Positions 1 to 11,943 of a DNA stretch of 64,000 nt are shown here, one piece after another (the stretch's first letter is position 1; each line of letters begins with the position of its first letter). Source of the stretch: Chiloscyllium plagiosum (Eukaryota); contig NC_057719.1 in assembly GCF_004010195.1 (NCBI RefSeq), positions 28,695,309 through 28,759,308 of the forward strand, given 5' to 3'. Made by a program: the position numbers and the translations under genes. Below the pieces are notes generated by a model, which searched no databases, had not been told where the DNA came from, and saw only the letters and a list, made by a program, of their open reading frames with translations.

Positions 1-69
1 ACCTGCTGTGCTTTACCAGCAACACATTTTCCGCTCTGATCTTCAGCATCTGCAGACCTCACTTTCTCC
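1..69 (+). mobile_element. 3' part of the short Penelope-derived element (family A), cut by the window edge
   Basis: acctgctgtgctttaccagcaacacatttt…cagcatctgcagacctcactttctcc aligns with 27967-28036 and with the copy at 45933-46060. Confidence 0.8.
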
Positions 70-2404
70 CCTTCATTACTGTAGTGGCAAAGTGCAGAGC
101 TGTAATAGTTTCCTGGTGTTTTGGAACAAACTTGTTGGTCCTTTATCTCAAGCTTACTGGTCTGTCATGATAGGAGGCAAAAAGTGCATATACAGTGTGT
201 ATATTAGCCAATACTACTGAATTTGAGTTTGAGGATACTTGACACATGTAAAGATATTTCATGAAATGAAATAAGTGTTTCTATTAAGACTCAGGTAAAG
301 AAATGAAAACTTAATTCAGTTTAGTTCATTTTTAACATCTATCCTAAATTGGCTTCAACAATAAAATGAAACCATTGTGCAGGAAGTCAATTCATTAACT
401 GTTACTTTCAAGGCTTGCCCCTTTTCTTTTCTACCTCCTTCATGAGACAGTACAGTTAAATCCTGTGACTGACACATTTCATTAACTTGGATACTCTCTG
501 CGCCAGTAGGGGGAACATTGCACAGAATCAAAGATCTCATCCTGGAAAGGGAGAACCAAGATACTAATTTGACTTTCTACACTTGTGTTGCGATTCCTGT
601 CATCTGATAATAAGCAATCTTGCTGATGCCTGTTCATAACCTACGCTTCACTGCTAACACAAAGAAAAATATTTGGAGACACCTGCAAAGGAGAAACTGA
701 GATTCAGAAAGAGCTTTGATTTTAAATTTGGAAAAGTGAGGGAACTGATTTGCTCCCAAGAGTAACATTGATTCACATTGAGTGTCTCAGAAATTAATTT
801 GTATGCTGTCTTGGAGAACACAGACAATTTCACTTGAGTCAAAATCAGGAGGCAGAATCCGATATACAAAACTTGCTGACGTCAGTGTGGCACCAGGTTA
901 TATTACAATCTTATTTCAAAACATTGGATTGGCAGGGTTTTCATGAAATACTCTAAAAATCATTTGGGTTGGTATTTCGTGGTCGTGGACAAGAGAACAT
1001 ACTTGTATCCTTATGAAAAAGCATTTAAAAGTTTTGTGGATTGTAGAGAGTGGGTAGGGAAAAGAGGAAGGAGGTCCTCTACAAAAAAGGGCTTCAGAAA
1101 AAAATGCATTCCTGCCACTGTCAATTTTGCTTTCAGTTGCCTTGATTCTAAACTCTTGAATTGTCCCATTGAACCTCTGTCTTCTTTGAAGATTCTCCTT
1201 AAAATCAACTCCTATGATCAAACTTTTTGGTCATATATCCTGATAACTCTTTTTGTGATTTGTTCTTTCAATATATATGCACAATTGGTCTGGTAAGTAT
1301 TTGATCATTTTACTGTGTTAAATGATTAATATAAATGCAAATGATTGTTGTTCTTGGAGAGAAAAATGTGTTTAGGTAAATTAAAATGATGGAATAGATT
1401 TAATTGACTTGCCTAGATGATTATGGATCAATCATTTTTGTTAAAATTCCTTTTAAAATTCAAAACTCTTTCTAGCTAGTTCTGAAAGGAAGTTTAAAAT
1501 TAGCCAGAATACATAATGTTTTTTAAAAAATCATTTTCTAATATAACATCCTAGAAATGTATGCATTGGATACAGGACAATATTGGATACCAGAATATTT
1601 TGAAGTATTTGCTGTTCACAACTATTGTCAAGCTAATTTGCTATATGGTTTTATCAAAGTTTACAAGTTTACCCTTGACATGAAAACTGAGTACAGACCA
1701 ATAAGGTATGACAAAGTTTAAATATGGATGAAGCAAAAAAGTTGCAAATGATGATTAATTAATGTTATTTTAAAACATTTGTCAAACTTTACTTTGTCTT
1801 TTTCCTCACCAATCTGTAATCTAATATTATCTAAAGGTTCACATGGTGTTGTGTTATGTCTGACAACTCGTATGCAGTATATCTTTTGGAGACTTGCTTA
1901 TGATATCGTCATTATTTCATAACGTGTCCTGAAAGTATAAAGGTCGCAATGTCCATCTTGATTGGGGGCACTTGAAGCATGACATACTGGTGAAGCGAGC
2001 TATTGTTTGTAACTGAATAGCTTAATATTTACCCAGATCTTGAAGTGCCTCTGACTGTAAGCTACTGAATTTTTCAGTACTACATTAGCCATATCCAGAT
2101 TTTATGTTATGAAAACTAACATAAGAATTGCTGTATCAGATACAAATACCCGGTGGGAAGCAAATGCCCAAACAACTAGGTGTCAGATCATATGGTGCCT
2201 GCAATTTGTCACTGAAGAATTGAGGTCAAAAGTCAGAACACAGAATTGGAACAGCATAACACAGGATTTCTAAGGATAATCTTCAAAAAAGAATCTTAAA
2301 AATGGGCTAAACAGATAGGTTAAATAAAAATGTTTAGTGGGCTTCTTTTATTTAAGCAAGAACTGGACAAACAACCACCAAGAGGGCATAAACTAATTAC
2401 TTAC

Positions 2405-2526
2405 CCTTGTTTTCCAAGCAACTCACACTCTGGCACTCTCGGTCCATAAGTCTCTATTTGCAAAGGCTGGTAGACATACAGTGTTTCTTCTATCCTTGGC
2501 ATTGGCTGTAAAGATATCTGTTGACC
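2405..2526 (-). CDS. MNAT1: MNAT1 coding exon (equivalent to human exon 7); absent from the ORF track
   Basis: Read by hand: [41 protein letters not shown], compared with human [41 protein letters not shown]. Acceptor ccttataaacag|GGT, donor CAAGG|gtaagt; 122 nt, phase 0/2. Confidence 0.95.
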
Positions 2527-2690
2527 CTGTTTATAAGGCAATGTAAGTTAAAAATATTAGTTCTGAATGCATAAAAGGAAAGTGAATATCAGTGTTGAGT
2601 AGAAATATCTATATAGCTCCTACATCAATAGTCAGTACTGTTACAGGTTACTTCATGAAAGTCTAGTAAACAAAGTCCTTACAATTAATT

Positions 2691-2993
2691 AGAATCATGG
2701 AATCCCCACACAATGGTCAAAGTCCATTCAACCCATTGAGTCTGCACAGACCCTCCAAACAGAATCCCATCCAGACTCAGACTCCTACTCTATTCCCATA
2801 AACCTGCATAGAGCATGGCCAATCCACTTTACCTGCACATCTTTGGACTGAGAGAGGAAACCTGAACACCTGGCAGAAGCCAATGCAGACATGGGGAGAA
2901 CATGCAAACTCCACACAATCATCCAAAGCTGGAATTGAACCCAGCTCCCTAGTGCTGAGAAACAACAGTGCTAACTACTGAATAACCGTGCCA
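2691..2993 (-). mobile_element. HE1-like tRNA-derived V-SINE (diverged copy)
   Basis: Reverse complement has the tRNA-like head, the V-core (tgtggagtttgcatgttctccccatgtctgc) and a CR1-like tail; homologous to 39795-40139. Confidence 0.85.
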
Positions 2994-3539
2994 CTCCATT
3001 AATTTTCTTAACCAAAACCAGAGGTTACAGCTGAGAAGGACATGGTATCTTCTGTACCTGTTTGGTAACTTGCTCTTCAACTGGACCCAACTATTCTAAT
3101 TCCAAAATAAAAGCAAAAAAAATACCCAGGGTATTTGATATAAAGATAAAATACTGGAGAAACTCAGTGTTATAGCAGTATCTGCAGAATGAGAAATGTT
3201 AACTCTATTTCTTTCTCAGTAGATGCTGCCAGATCTGTGGAGTTTCTCCAACAGTTTTACTTTAACCCCATCTTGATTACTTTCCATTTAAATTATAACT
3301 TATCAACTACTTTATAATTTAACTTCATCATAATATAGTTTTAAAATAATATCAAGAGTCATTTGTGCAACAAACATTCCAGGCTGCAACAGCCTGCACT
3401 AAAAACGTCCTTTTAAGTTTCCACTTTGCTTTTTGAATGACAATGTGCACACTTCTTAGCAATTCTTCAAAAAAAATATAAACAATCTTACATTATTTCA
3501 ATACATTTTCAGACAGGGTGTGCTATCAATAAATTAATT

Positions 3540-4100
3540 TCAAGACATAAATATGGAAATGTGCATTTTGATAGAAAGAATAAGGAGGCATTATTTGGAT
3601 AAATAGTATCTGAATAGGGTAGAGAAGCAAAGGAAGAAGACTTACAAACTCACAAATCACTAACGCATGTCACAATGCAAGTTAATAAGGTCAATTAAAA
3701 ACACAAACAAAGCACTGGGATTTCCTGCTCCCTTTCTGTCCCAAAAGGGGTAAAATTGAAAAGCACAAAGTTATGTTAAACTTCTTTAGGGTCTTGGTTA
3801 TGCCATATTTGGAATGCTTTGTACAGCTGTGGTTTTCATATAATAAAAATGAAAAAAAAAGGCACAATGCAGATTCACAAGTATGATACTAGAACATGGA
3901 GATAATAAAATAGTTTGACAAGCGAGATGAAAATTAAACATTTCCTCTTTTAGCGGTGCCCAAACCTATATCACAAATATAAGACATTTGCTAATAAATC
4001 CAATGATGAATTCAGAAGAAACATCTTAACCCTAAGGGAGGTAAGAATGTTAGTCACCCTGTTACAAGAAACAGTGAGCCAACTAGCATAAAAGGATTTA
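3540..4100 (+). mobile_element. Old CR1 LINE ORF2 3' remnant
   Basis: Degraded match to the CR1 RT C-terminus (ttggttatgccatatttggaatgctttgtacagctgtgg, resembling LVRPHLEYCVQFW). Confidence 0.6.
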
Positions 4101-4695
4101 ATGTTATGTTCCAATTAAGGTACATTAATATTTAACAAGAAATGAAAAACACCTCATTTTATGCAATCTAATTATGCCATAAGATTCCACGTTTTTAAGC
4201 AAAAACAATCTTTATTATATATAAAAGAACTGTACACAGCAATAGGATAAATTATTACTATTTATGCAATTTATGATGGTTTAACTGCTACTGTCTTGAG
4301 TGGAAGCTCTGAAACTATCACCTTCAAAATCCAGACAAGTATCAAGCAAGGCTGTGTGATAGCCCCCATGCTATTTATAATCTACTTGACAGTAGCTATG
4401 CATCTATCAAACTTCAACCGCTGTATGGTATATGCAATAAATATAGCACCGTATGGAAAATTTTAACCTTAGTTACCTCTGTGCCAAAACTAAACTGAAC
4501 ACCACAGACACATAAGATCAACAAAATGCAGATGACTGCAATGTTGCTGCCCATTCTGCACCAGATTTGCAAACCACTGTCAATCTATCCATTTCTAATG
4601 CAAAAAAACTCAACCTGTTCTTGAATGCTGCTAAAACATAACTCATAGCAACCTAGAGATGTTCAAATATTCCATTCTCCAAATATGTTGAGCAA

Positions 4696-5893
4696 TTGAT
4701 CAGGGACCTCAAAGTGAAGGAGCCATTAGGAGGTAGTGACCATAATACAATAAGCTTCAATCTGCAATTTGAAAGGGAGAGGGTACAATCGGTAGTGACA
4801 ATATTTCAGTTGAACAAAGGGGACTATGGAGCTATAAGGGAAGAGCTGGCCAAAGTTCAATGGTGCAATACCTTAGCAGGGATGACAGTGGAGGAACAAT
4901 GGCAGATATTTCTGGGTATAATGCAGAAGATGCAGGATCAGTTCATTCCAAAAAGGAAGAAAGATCCTACAAGAAGGCAGGGGTGGCCGTGGCTGACGAG
5001 GGAAGTTCAGAAACATATAAAGTCAAAAGAGAAAAAGTATAACAGAGCAAAGATGAGTGGGAAAACGGAGGACTGGGAAGCTTTTAAAGAACAACAGAGG
5101 ACTACTAAGAAGGAAATACGCAGAGAAAAAAATGAGGTANNNNNNNNNNNNNNNNNNNNNNNNNNNNNNNNNNNNNNNNNNNNNNNNNNNNNNNNNNNNN
5201 NNNNNNNNNNNNNNNNNNNNNNNNNNNNNNNNNNNNNNNNNNNNNNNNNNNNNNNNNNNNNNNNNNNNNNNNNNNNNNNNNNNNNNNNNNNNNNNNNNNN
5301 NNNNNNNNNNNNNNNNNNNNNNNNNNNNNNNNNNNNNNNNNNNNNNNNNNNNNNNNNNNNNNNNNNNNNNNNNNNNNNNNNNNNNNNNNNNNNNNNNNNN
5401 NNNNNNNNNNNNNNNNNNNNNNNNNNNNNNNNNNNNNNNNNNNNNNNNNNNNNNNNNNNNNNNNNNNNNNNNNNNNNNNNNNNNNNNNNNNNNNNNNNNN
5501 NNNNNNNNNNNNNNNNNNNNNNNNNNNNNNNNNNNNNNNNNNNNNNNNNNNNNNNNNNNNNNNNNNNNNNNNNNNNNNNNNNNNNNNNNNNNNNNNNNNN
5601 NNNNNNNNNNNNNNNNNNNNNNNNNNNNNNNNNNNNNNNNNNNNNNNNNNNNNNNNNNNNNNNNNNNNNNNNNNNNNNNNNNNNNNNNNNNNNNNNNNNN
5701 NNNNNNNNNNNNNNNNNNNNNNNNNNNNNNNNNNNNNNNNNNNNNNNNNNNNNNNNNNNNNNNNNNNNNNNNNNNNNNNNNNNNNNNNNNNNNNNNNNNN
5801 NNNNNNNNNNNNNNNNNNNNNNNNNNNNNNNNNNNNNNNNNNNNNNNNNNNNNNNGAATGGCCTACTCCTGCACCTATTGTCTATTGTCTATA
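4696..5893 (+). mobile_element. CR1 LINE, 5'-truncated, spanning an assembly gap
   Basis: Open ORF2 stretch (…GGSDHNTISFNL… endonuclease end, PWLTREV) before the gap; CR1-type 3' tail gaatggcctactcctgcacctattgtctattgtctat after it. Confidence 0.85.
5140..5855. other. Assembly gap (N run)
   Basis: 716 N characters. Confidence 1.
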
Positions 5894-5964
5894 ATTCCCA
5901 TACCTTGACAGCCAAGTCCAACAACAGGCTACCATTGATGAGCAGATCCAATAGTATATTAGCT

Positions 5965-6170
5965 GTTAAAAATCACACAACACCAGGTTATAGTCCAACA
6001 GGTTTAATTGGAAGCACACTAGCTTTCGGAGCGACGCTCCTTCATCAGGTGATGAAGGAGCATCGCTCCGAAAGCTAGTGTACTTCAAATTAAACCTGTT
6101 GGACTATAACCTGGTGTTGTGTGATTTTTAACTTTGTACACCCCAGTCCAACACCGGCATCTCCGAATCA
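5965..6170. mobile_element. Palindromic non-autonomous Penelope-like element (family B) with twin hammerhead cores
   Basis: 83-bp inverted arms 5965-6047 and 6050-6132 plus a 38-bp one-sided tail; flanked by the direct repeat tatattagctgt (5955-5966 and 6171-6182). Confidence 0.85.
6020..6048 (-). ncRNA. Minimal hammerhead ribozyme motif (intact core)
   Basis: Minus strand reads cac-CUGAUGA-A-GGAGC-GUC-GCUCC-GAAA-GC-UA-gug: full core, 5-bp helix II, palindromic AGCU helix III and 3-bp helix I. Activity untested. Confidence 0.7.
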
Positions 6171-8284
6171 TATATTAGCTGTGTTAGCAAAATATGGCAA
6201 GGAAATGTTTGACAACAAATACCTCCAGAGATCAGCAAAAGCAAATGTCATTACAACATTCCTATACTGCAGTGAGATCTGCACTGCATATCAGCAGTGA
6301 TATGATAGAGAAACTTCATCAGCAATGCTACTGCTGTACCCTCCAGATTCAATGGGAGGACTATAAAACAAACACATATGTCCTTGTTAAAACACAACCA
6401 TTCAGGTACAGCTCCTGCAAGACAAACTACAATGGAGTGGACACCATGTCCAGACAGCTTAGAAGTGTCTCCCCTACCAGGTTCTGAATTCTCAGTTCTC
6501 AAATAATTAACATATCAGGGAAAGTCAAAGGAAACACAACATAGATACTATGAAGCTCTACATAAAGTATGGCAGCATTGACACTAATGGCTGTGAAGCA
6601 CGTATTATTACTTGCTCAAAATAATGTCAACTTATCCAAATGCCTCAATGATGTGACAAAGGAGGAAAGAAAAGGAAGCAATCCTACACTTTTGGACCCA
6701 TTACTTCATAGGATGTCATGCCCGATAAGCTTAAAGATCTTCAGGTCAAGCATCAGCCTGTTCAGCGACATGAAGACACAAAGCAGAAACTCTCAATCTC
6801 AAGAAATTATCCTTGAAATTGAAGATCAGCCAATGGTGCTATTACGTCCTCAATTTTGCTACTTAGTTTCTCCAAACATTAGTTTCAAAAGATAGATCAA
6901 TCTTAAAATGATTTACTTCTGCATGGGACATCATAAATATGCCTCCTCTGGAGACTATTTAATTCTCCTCAACTTTTTATTCTCAGGAGATCAAACTAAT
7001 TTACTACCTCTGGGCTGGGGTGATTTATTAGTTTCTTGTTCTGGCTGTCTTCTCAATAGTTCGAAATTAATTTAAGGTAATTGCTTTCTTTTGCCACAAC
7101 AGCACTTCCTCCACTAGCTTCAAACTTGGTCATCCTCCAGAGTCTGATCCCCCACAAAATTCAAATTAAGATTAAGTCTCACCTGCATTATACATGATGA
7201 ATGGAAAAATGAGTTTATTCCTCAGCTGACAGCTCAGGTCTAGCTAACTAACATCAGCTATCTCCCAGTAACCTGAAGACCACACAAAGTAAAAACTGCA
7301 CCTTATTCATCCTACGAGCACCCGGATAAACTGAAACAAGAGAACCTCCCTAAACTTCTTCCATATTCATGCCAATGTAGCATATTATTCAAACAAACTT
7401 TGAGGTTATTTATTTATCTCCATTTATAATTTCTTCTTTTATTTGAAGTAAATGGATTTTGCAAACTTTCAGGGTTAACTGAATTCTCTTAAACTAATTT
7501 AGCTCTAACTCCCAAAACAACACGTCTCTCTGGACTGCTTTTCTTGCAAGGATTACAGACATCACATCTCCATTTCTTTAGCTGAGTACAACCAACTGCT
7601 ATTTTGTAAACTTACTTTCCAGCTGTGAACTCTTAAGGTGACATGGTCCCAACACTGCAAGCGTAACAGATTTCAAGTTTGTTTTACTTCTATTTATTCC
7701 ATTTTATACTGCTGAACTTGAATTCCAAATATCGAAATTATTTCCTACAACACATGAACCAGATGATCTCAAAAAAGGGGAATATGAGAGGAAAGAAATA
7801 GAAGTATAGCGGATATGGTTAAATTAAGTAGGAAGGAGATTCTCATGGAACTCAAATGCACCGTAGATCAGTTGGGCTGCCCATTTTATTATTTAGTTTT
7901 CATACTTGTATTAAATCCATTGAAACCTTCCAGTCAAATAAAAACATTTATCTTCATTTACTATAACTCCCAGTAATACCATCATTATAATACCAATGTA
8001 TTCAAGGTGCATTTGAGTCCAAAGAATTTGAAATACCTCTCAGGTCCTATTTAAGTCAATGCAAGCAACAATTATAACTCATGTTTGTTCAATAAATATT
8101 AAAAAAACTGGGGAAATCAATTTAGAAAGGCACAGATAATTAAGTCAGTTGGTTTTATCCAGTAACAATAATGTCCTGCAATGTTTTTAACATGCAGGTG
8201 GCTGCTTTTTTTTGATACAATACATTACGGAACAGGAACAGGCCCTTCAGCCCACCAAGCCCATGCCAATTCGTAATCCTTAGT

Positions 8285-8640
8285 TAGAATAGAATTCCTA
8301 CAGTGTGGAAACAGGCCCTTCAGCCCAACAAGTCCTCACTGACCTTCCAAAGAGTAACCTACCCAGACCCATTCCCCTATCCTACTACTTTACATTTTAC
8401 CCTTGACTAATGCACCTAACCTACACATCCCTGAACACTATGGGTAATTTAGCATGGCCAATTTACCTAACCTGCACATCTATGGATTGTGGGAGGAAAT
8501 CGCAGCACCTGTAGGAATCCCACGCAGACATGGGGAGAACGTGCAAACTCCACAAAGACAGTCGCCCGAGGCTGGAATCAAACATGGGTCCCTGGCGCTG
8601 TGAGGCAGCAGTCCTAACCATTGAGCCACCATGCCGCCCC
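8285..8640 (-). mobile_element. HE1-like V-SINE, full length
   Basis: Head gggcggcatggtggctcaatggttaggactgctgcctcacagcgccaggg, V-core, and tail gggcctgtttccacactgtagg. Confidence 0.92.
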
Positions 8641-8859
8641 ATTTAGACTTACTGTAACATAAGAAAATGGTTTGCACTGTGATGATAACTCTGTAAGCAT
8701 CACCTGCTGTGGCTCAAGATTCCCACTATGGCAGAATAGTCTCTGCTTCATTTATTGCAGAGGAAGATAGCAGAACGAGACACTGCCCGTTTCAGTGATC
8801 TATGTTTCCTCACAACCATTTTCTCAGCCAGCTGAGCTTTTCATTTCTCTTCATATACA

Positions 8860-9355
8860 AGGCACATGTCAGGAGCATTATGAAATATTTTCCATCTGTC
8901 CAGATGGATGCAGATCTAACAGCACCCAAGAACTCAACTTCATTCAAATCAAAACAGTGTGCTTGACTGACACAGTATCCACCAAATTCAACATTCATGT
9001 ATTTTATCACCAATGCACAGTGCAAAAGTGTGCATCATCTACCAGATGCACCACAGTAACTCACCAAAGCTCCTTTGGCAGCACTCTCTAAACCCATGCC
9101 TTCTACCACTTAGAAGGTCAAGGGCAGAAGACACCTGAGAACATCCACAGCAAGTCACACATCATCCTTACTTGGAACTATATTAATGGTCCTTCACCAT
9201 TGCTGGGTCAAAATCCTGGAACTTCACTCCTAACAGTACTGTGTTGTCCCTACACCTAAAGGACTATAGCAGTTCAAGAATGCAGTTCACCCACACTTTC
9301 TCCAAGACAATTAATGCTAATCTGTCCAGCAACACTTGTATCCCATAAATTAATA
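8860..9355 (+). mobile_element. 3' remnant of an old CR1-group LINE (same family as 14445-16450 and 17780-20600)
   Basis: Aligns to the reverse complement of 17780-18210 (gggtcaaaatcctggaacttcactcctaacagtac…gcagttcaaga). Confidence 0.65.
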
Positions 9356-9389
9356 GCAAACACAATATACGTTAAGAGATGGGAAAGTG

Positions 9390-9772
9390 GGGGTTAGTAG
9401 TTAGTGATAATGCCACTAAACAAGTGGCCCAGGCTAATGCCCCAGGGAGCATGTTGAAATCCTACCACAGCATCTGCTGGAATTTAAAATCAATCAATAA
9501 ATCTAAAATACAAAAACTATTCACAATAATAGCGACCATAAAAGTATCATTGTTAATGCAAAACTCATCTGGTTCATCAGTATCTTCTAGAGAATGGACT
9601 CTGCTGTCCTTACCTGGGTTTGGGCTACATGTAGCTCCAGACTCTCATCAATATGCTTGATTCTTAACTCCCTCTGAAATGGCCCAGCGAACCAATCAGT
9701 TCAAAGGAAATTTAGGAAAGGAAACAAAGGCTAGTCATGCCAATGATACTCACATCCCATGAAAGAATAAAA
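9390..9772 (+). mobile_element. tRNA-headed SINE-like element, family unassigned
   Basis: B-box-like gttgaaatcc, core aaaactcatctggttca shared with 14622-14640, and 3' end cacatcccatgaaagaataaaa. Confidence 0.65.
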
Positions 9773-9904
9773 GTACTGTGATATAGTGTTTAATCTTGAG
9801 ATATTAGTCACGAATTTAAAGGATGCGTTGTTTCTATAATGACAGCATTATAGCTTGTCACATGCAATGTATTATTCTGTTGGCAAAATGGAAATGTGGA
9901 AATC

Positions 9905-10140
9905 TCGGGTCACAGTGGGTCACATCCTCTGGGCCAGAAGCTCTGGGTTTGAGTCTCACTACAGGATTTGATGGCAATGGAAGGTCTGTTTATAACACCA
10001 CCAAACAGACTGATTGTCAACCTGCAAATCCTTTCAACATACTTAGACAGTAAGAGCGGATGGAATAGCCATTCTTGATACAGAGTGGCACCCCTCAAGC
10101 TGTAGCCTCTGGTTTTAGCCTTGTGACATATTCCAGGAAA
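9905..10140 (+). mobile_element. Possible old tRNA-derived SINE
   Basis: A-box and B-box-like head (tcacagtggg…ctctgggccagaagctctgggtttgagtctcact); the body was not recognised. Confidence 0.4.
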
Positions 10141-10612
10141 AACAAGATACAGCAAACAAATGAAAGCACGTACTTTGCTTGGCGCATGAAGCGCCACACA
10201 TGGGAAATTTTCTTAGACTATAGAAGAAACATGTACAAATTCTAATTCCTCTTTTAAGGCTACATGGTATAATATTCTATATTTTGAGGTCAATTATAAG
10301 CTCATTCCTTACACATTTACCAAGATTTGTTAGAGAATAATGATTTTTCTGCAGATTTATTAATAATTGCAATATCTTAATGGCTCAAGTTTCTCTAGGT
10401 TGGCAGGTGCTCATGGATTTCTCTCAAAAGTCACAAAACTAGTAGCAAATCTCTAGCTTTACTTCCCCTTGCTTCCTACTTAAAAAATGATGCTCACTGC
10501 TTGTTCTGACTACAAAACCTTGAGAATGTACTCAAAAATAAAAGGAAACCAGATAATGTTTGAGAATGTTTTAACATATCTGATGCCTCTCAAATACGTT
10601 TTAATAGTAATA

Positions 10613-11153
10613 CAGTGGTGCCTCAGAATCGGAATTTAATTCATTCCAGGAAGCTGTTCAGATTCTGAAACTATTTTCCCCATAAGAAATAATGGAAATA
10701 ATCCAGTTTCTGGACCCAAAAAAAATCTTCAAGACACTTTTAACTGCAAATACACATGATTAAGGTAAAATGAGTAAATGACCTAAATATCAAGTAATAA
10801 TAATAAAAGCAAGAAATAAATGTACTAACATGAAAATAACTTCATTTACCTTGGTGAGGAGTGCTAATGGTGAATGCACTTATTTGCTTCACTGCTCTTC
10901 TTGGGTGCCATGGTGAATGCACAAGGATGATAATTTTAAAAAACAGCACAAATCAAGGTGAAAACACGAGGTAAACTAGTGATGGACACACGAGAGATGC
11001 TTTCACGACTCCTTCCCGGGACAAACTGAACAAACAATGTGCGACTTGAACAGTACATGGTGTTCGGATTCTCGGGCAAAATTTTCTCAAAATAAGTGTT
11101 CGGATTTCAAGTTGTTCGAACAATAGGGCGTTCGGATTCCGGGGTCACCACTG
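10613..11153. mobile_element. Tigger/pogo-like (Tc1-mariner) non-autonomous DNA transposon
   Basis: TA|cagtggtg-cctcagaatcggaa … ttcggattccggggtcaccactg|TA: about 23-bp imperfect TIRs with TA duplication. Subterminal ttcggatt repeats and a vestigial minus-strand start MAPKK near 10900. Confidence 0.85.
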
Positions 11154-11389
11154 TACTTGCTCAGGAGAAACAAACTGATGTTGAAATATTTCCATTATAC
11201 ACATTTTTAAGAAGTAGTTGAGAGGAAAATTTCACTTTTGGTCAATATAATAGTGATATTTGGAGGGCTATGAGAAAAAGGCAAGAGAGTAGGATTAGCT
11301 GAGATGCTCTTGGCAAGAGGTAGCACATGCACAGCTGGTTGAATGACTTCCTTCTGCATTATTGCCAATCTTTTATTCTACAATTACAC

Positions 11390-11676
11390 TGGATGGCACG
11401 TTCGCCCAGTGGTTACCACTGCTGCCTCACAGTGCCAGGGACCCGGGTTCAACTCCCGCCTCGGGCAACTGTCTGTGTGGAGTTGGCACATTCTCCCCGT
11501 GTCTGCGTGGGTTTCTTCCCACAGTCCAAAGATGTGCAGGTTAGGTGAATTGGCCATGCTAAATTGCCCATAGTTTTAGGTGTAGGAGAATGGGTCTGGG
11601 TGGCTTGCTCTTTGGAGGGTCGGTATGGATTTGTTGGGTCGAAGGGCCTGTTTCCACACTGTAGGGAATCTAATCT
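11390..11676 (+). mobile_element. HE1-like V-SINE
   Basis: tggcacgttcgcccagtggttaccactgctgcctcacagtgccagggacccgggttcaactccc head, V-core and aatctaatct tail. Confidence 0.92.
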
Positions 11677-11943
11677 ATACACCTGAAATTTACTCAAAAC
11701 TTGCTGCTTCTTTTCTATGAGGGGTTTAGCTACATGGGAGACCAATTGTAGCTCACTACTGCTTAAGCTTGATTGCTGGCTCTCTCAGTTAGTCTAAGTA
11801 AAAGGGAATCTAATCTATACACCTGAAATTTACTCAAAACTTGCTGCTTCTTTTCTATGAGGGGTTTAGCTACATGGGAGACCAATTGTAGCCTACTACT
11901 GTTTAAGCTTGATTGCTGGCTCTCTCAGTTAGTCTAAGTAAAA
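11663..11943 (+). repeat. 140-bp tandem duplication
   Basis: 11663-11802 is repeated at 11803-11942 with about 3 mismatches. Confidence 0.95.

Larger units (their letters stand above)
4270..6800 (+). mobile_element. Old RTE-clade LINE remnant, interrupted by a CR1 and by the palindromic hammerhead element
   Basis: aagcaaggctgtgtgatagcccccatgctattt = KQGCVIAPMLF (RTE-type RT motif), gcagatgactgc = ADDC, and C-terminal remnants at about 6300-6780. Confidence 0.6.

Noticed and set aside
876..885. Perfect CRE palindrome CTGACGTCAG
   Set aside because: A single 8-10 bp motif in 64 kb is expected by chance, and there is no promoter or CpG-island context.
916..1296. Overlapping 101-117 aa ORFs
   Set aside because: No recognisable protein; the DNA looks like a decayed repeat in an intron.
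1..2404. Search for the MNAT1 last exon (YLNHVRAAS…)
   Set aside because: Not found; it is probably downstream of position 1.
4696..6078. 460-aa, 283-aa and similar long ORFs (also 35495-36187)
   Set aside because: Their length is an artefact of translating N runs, and the real parts are CR1 or SINE sequence.
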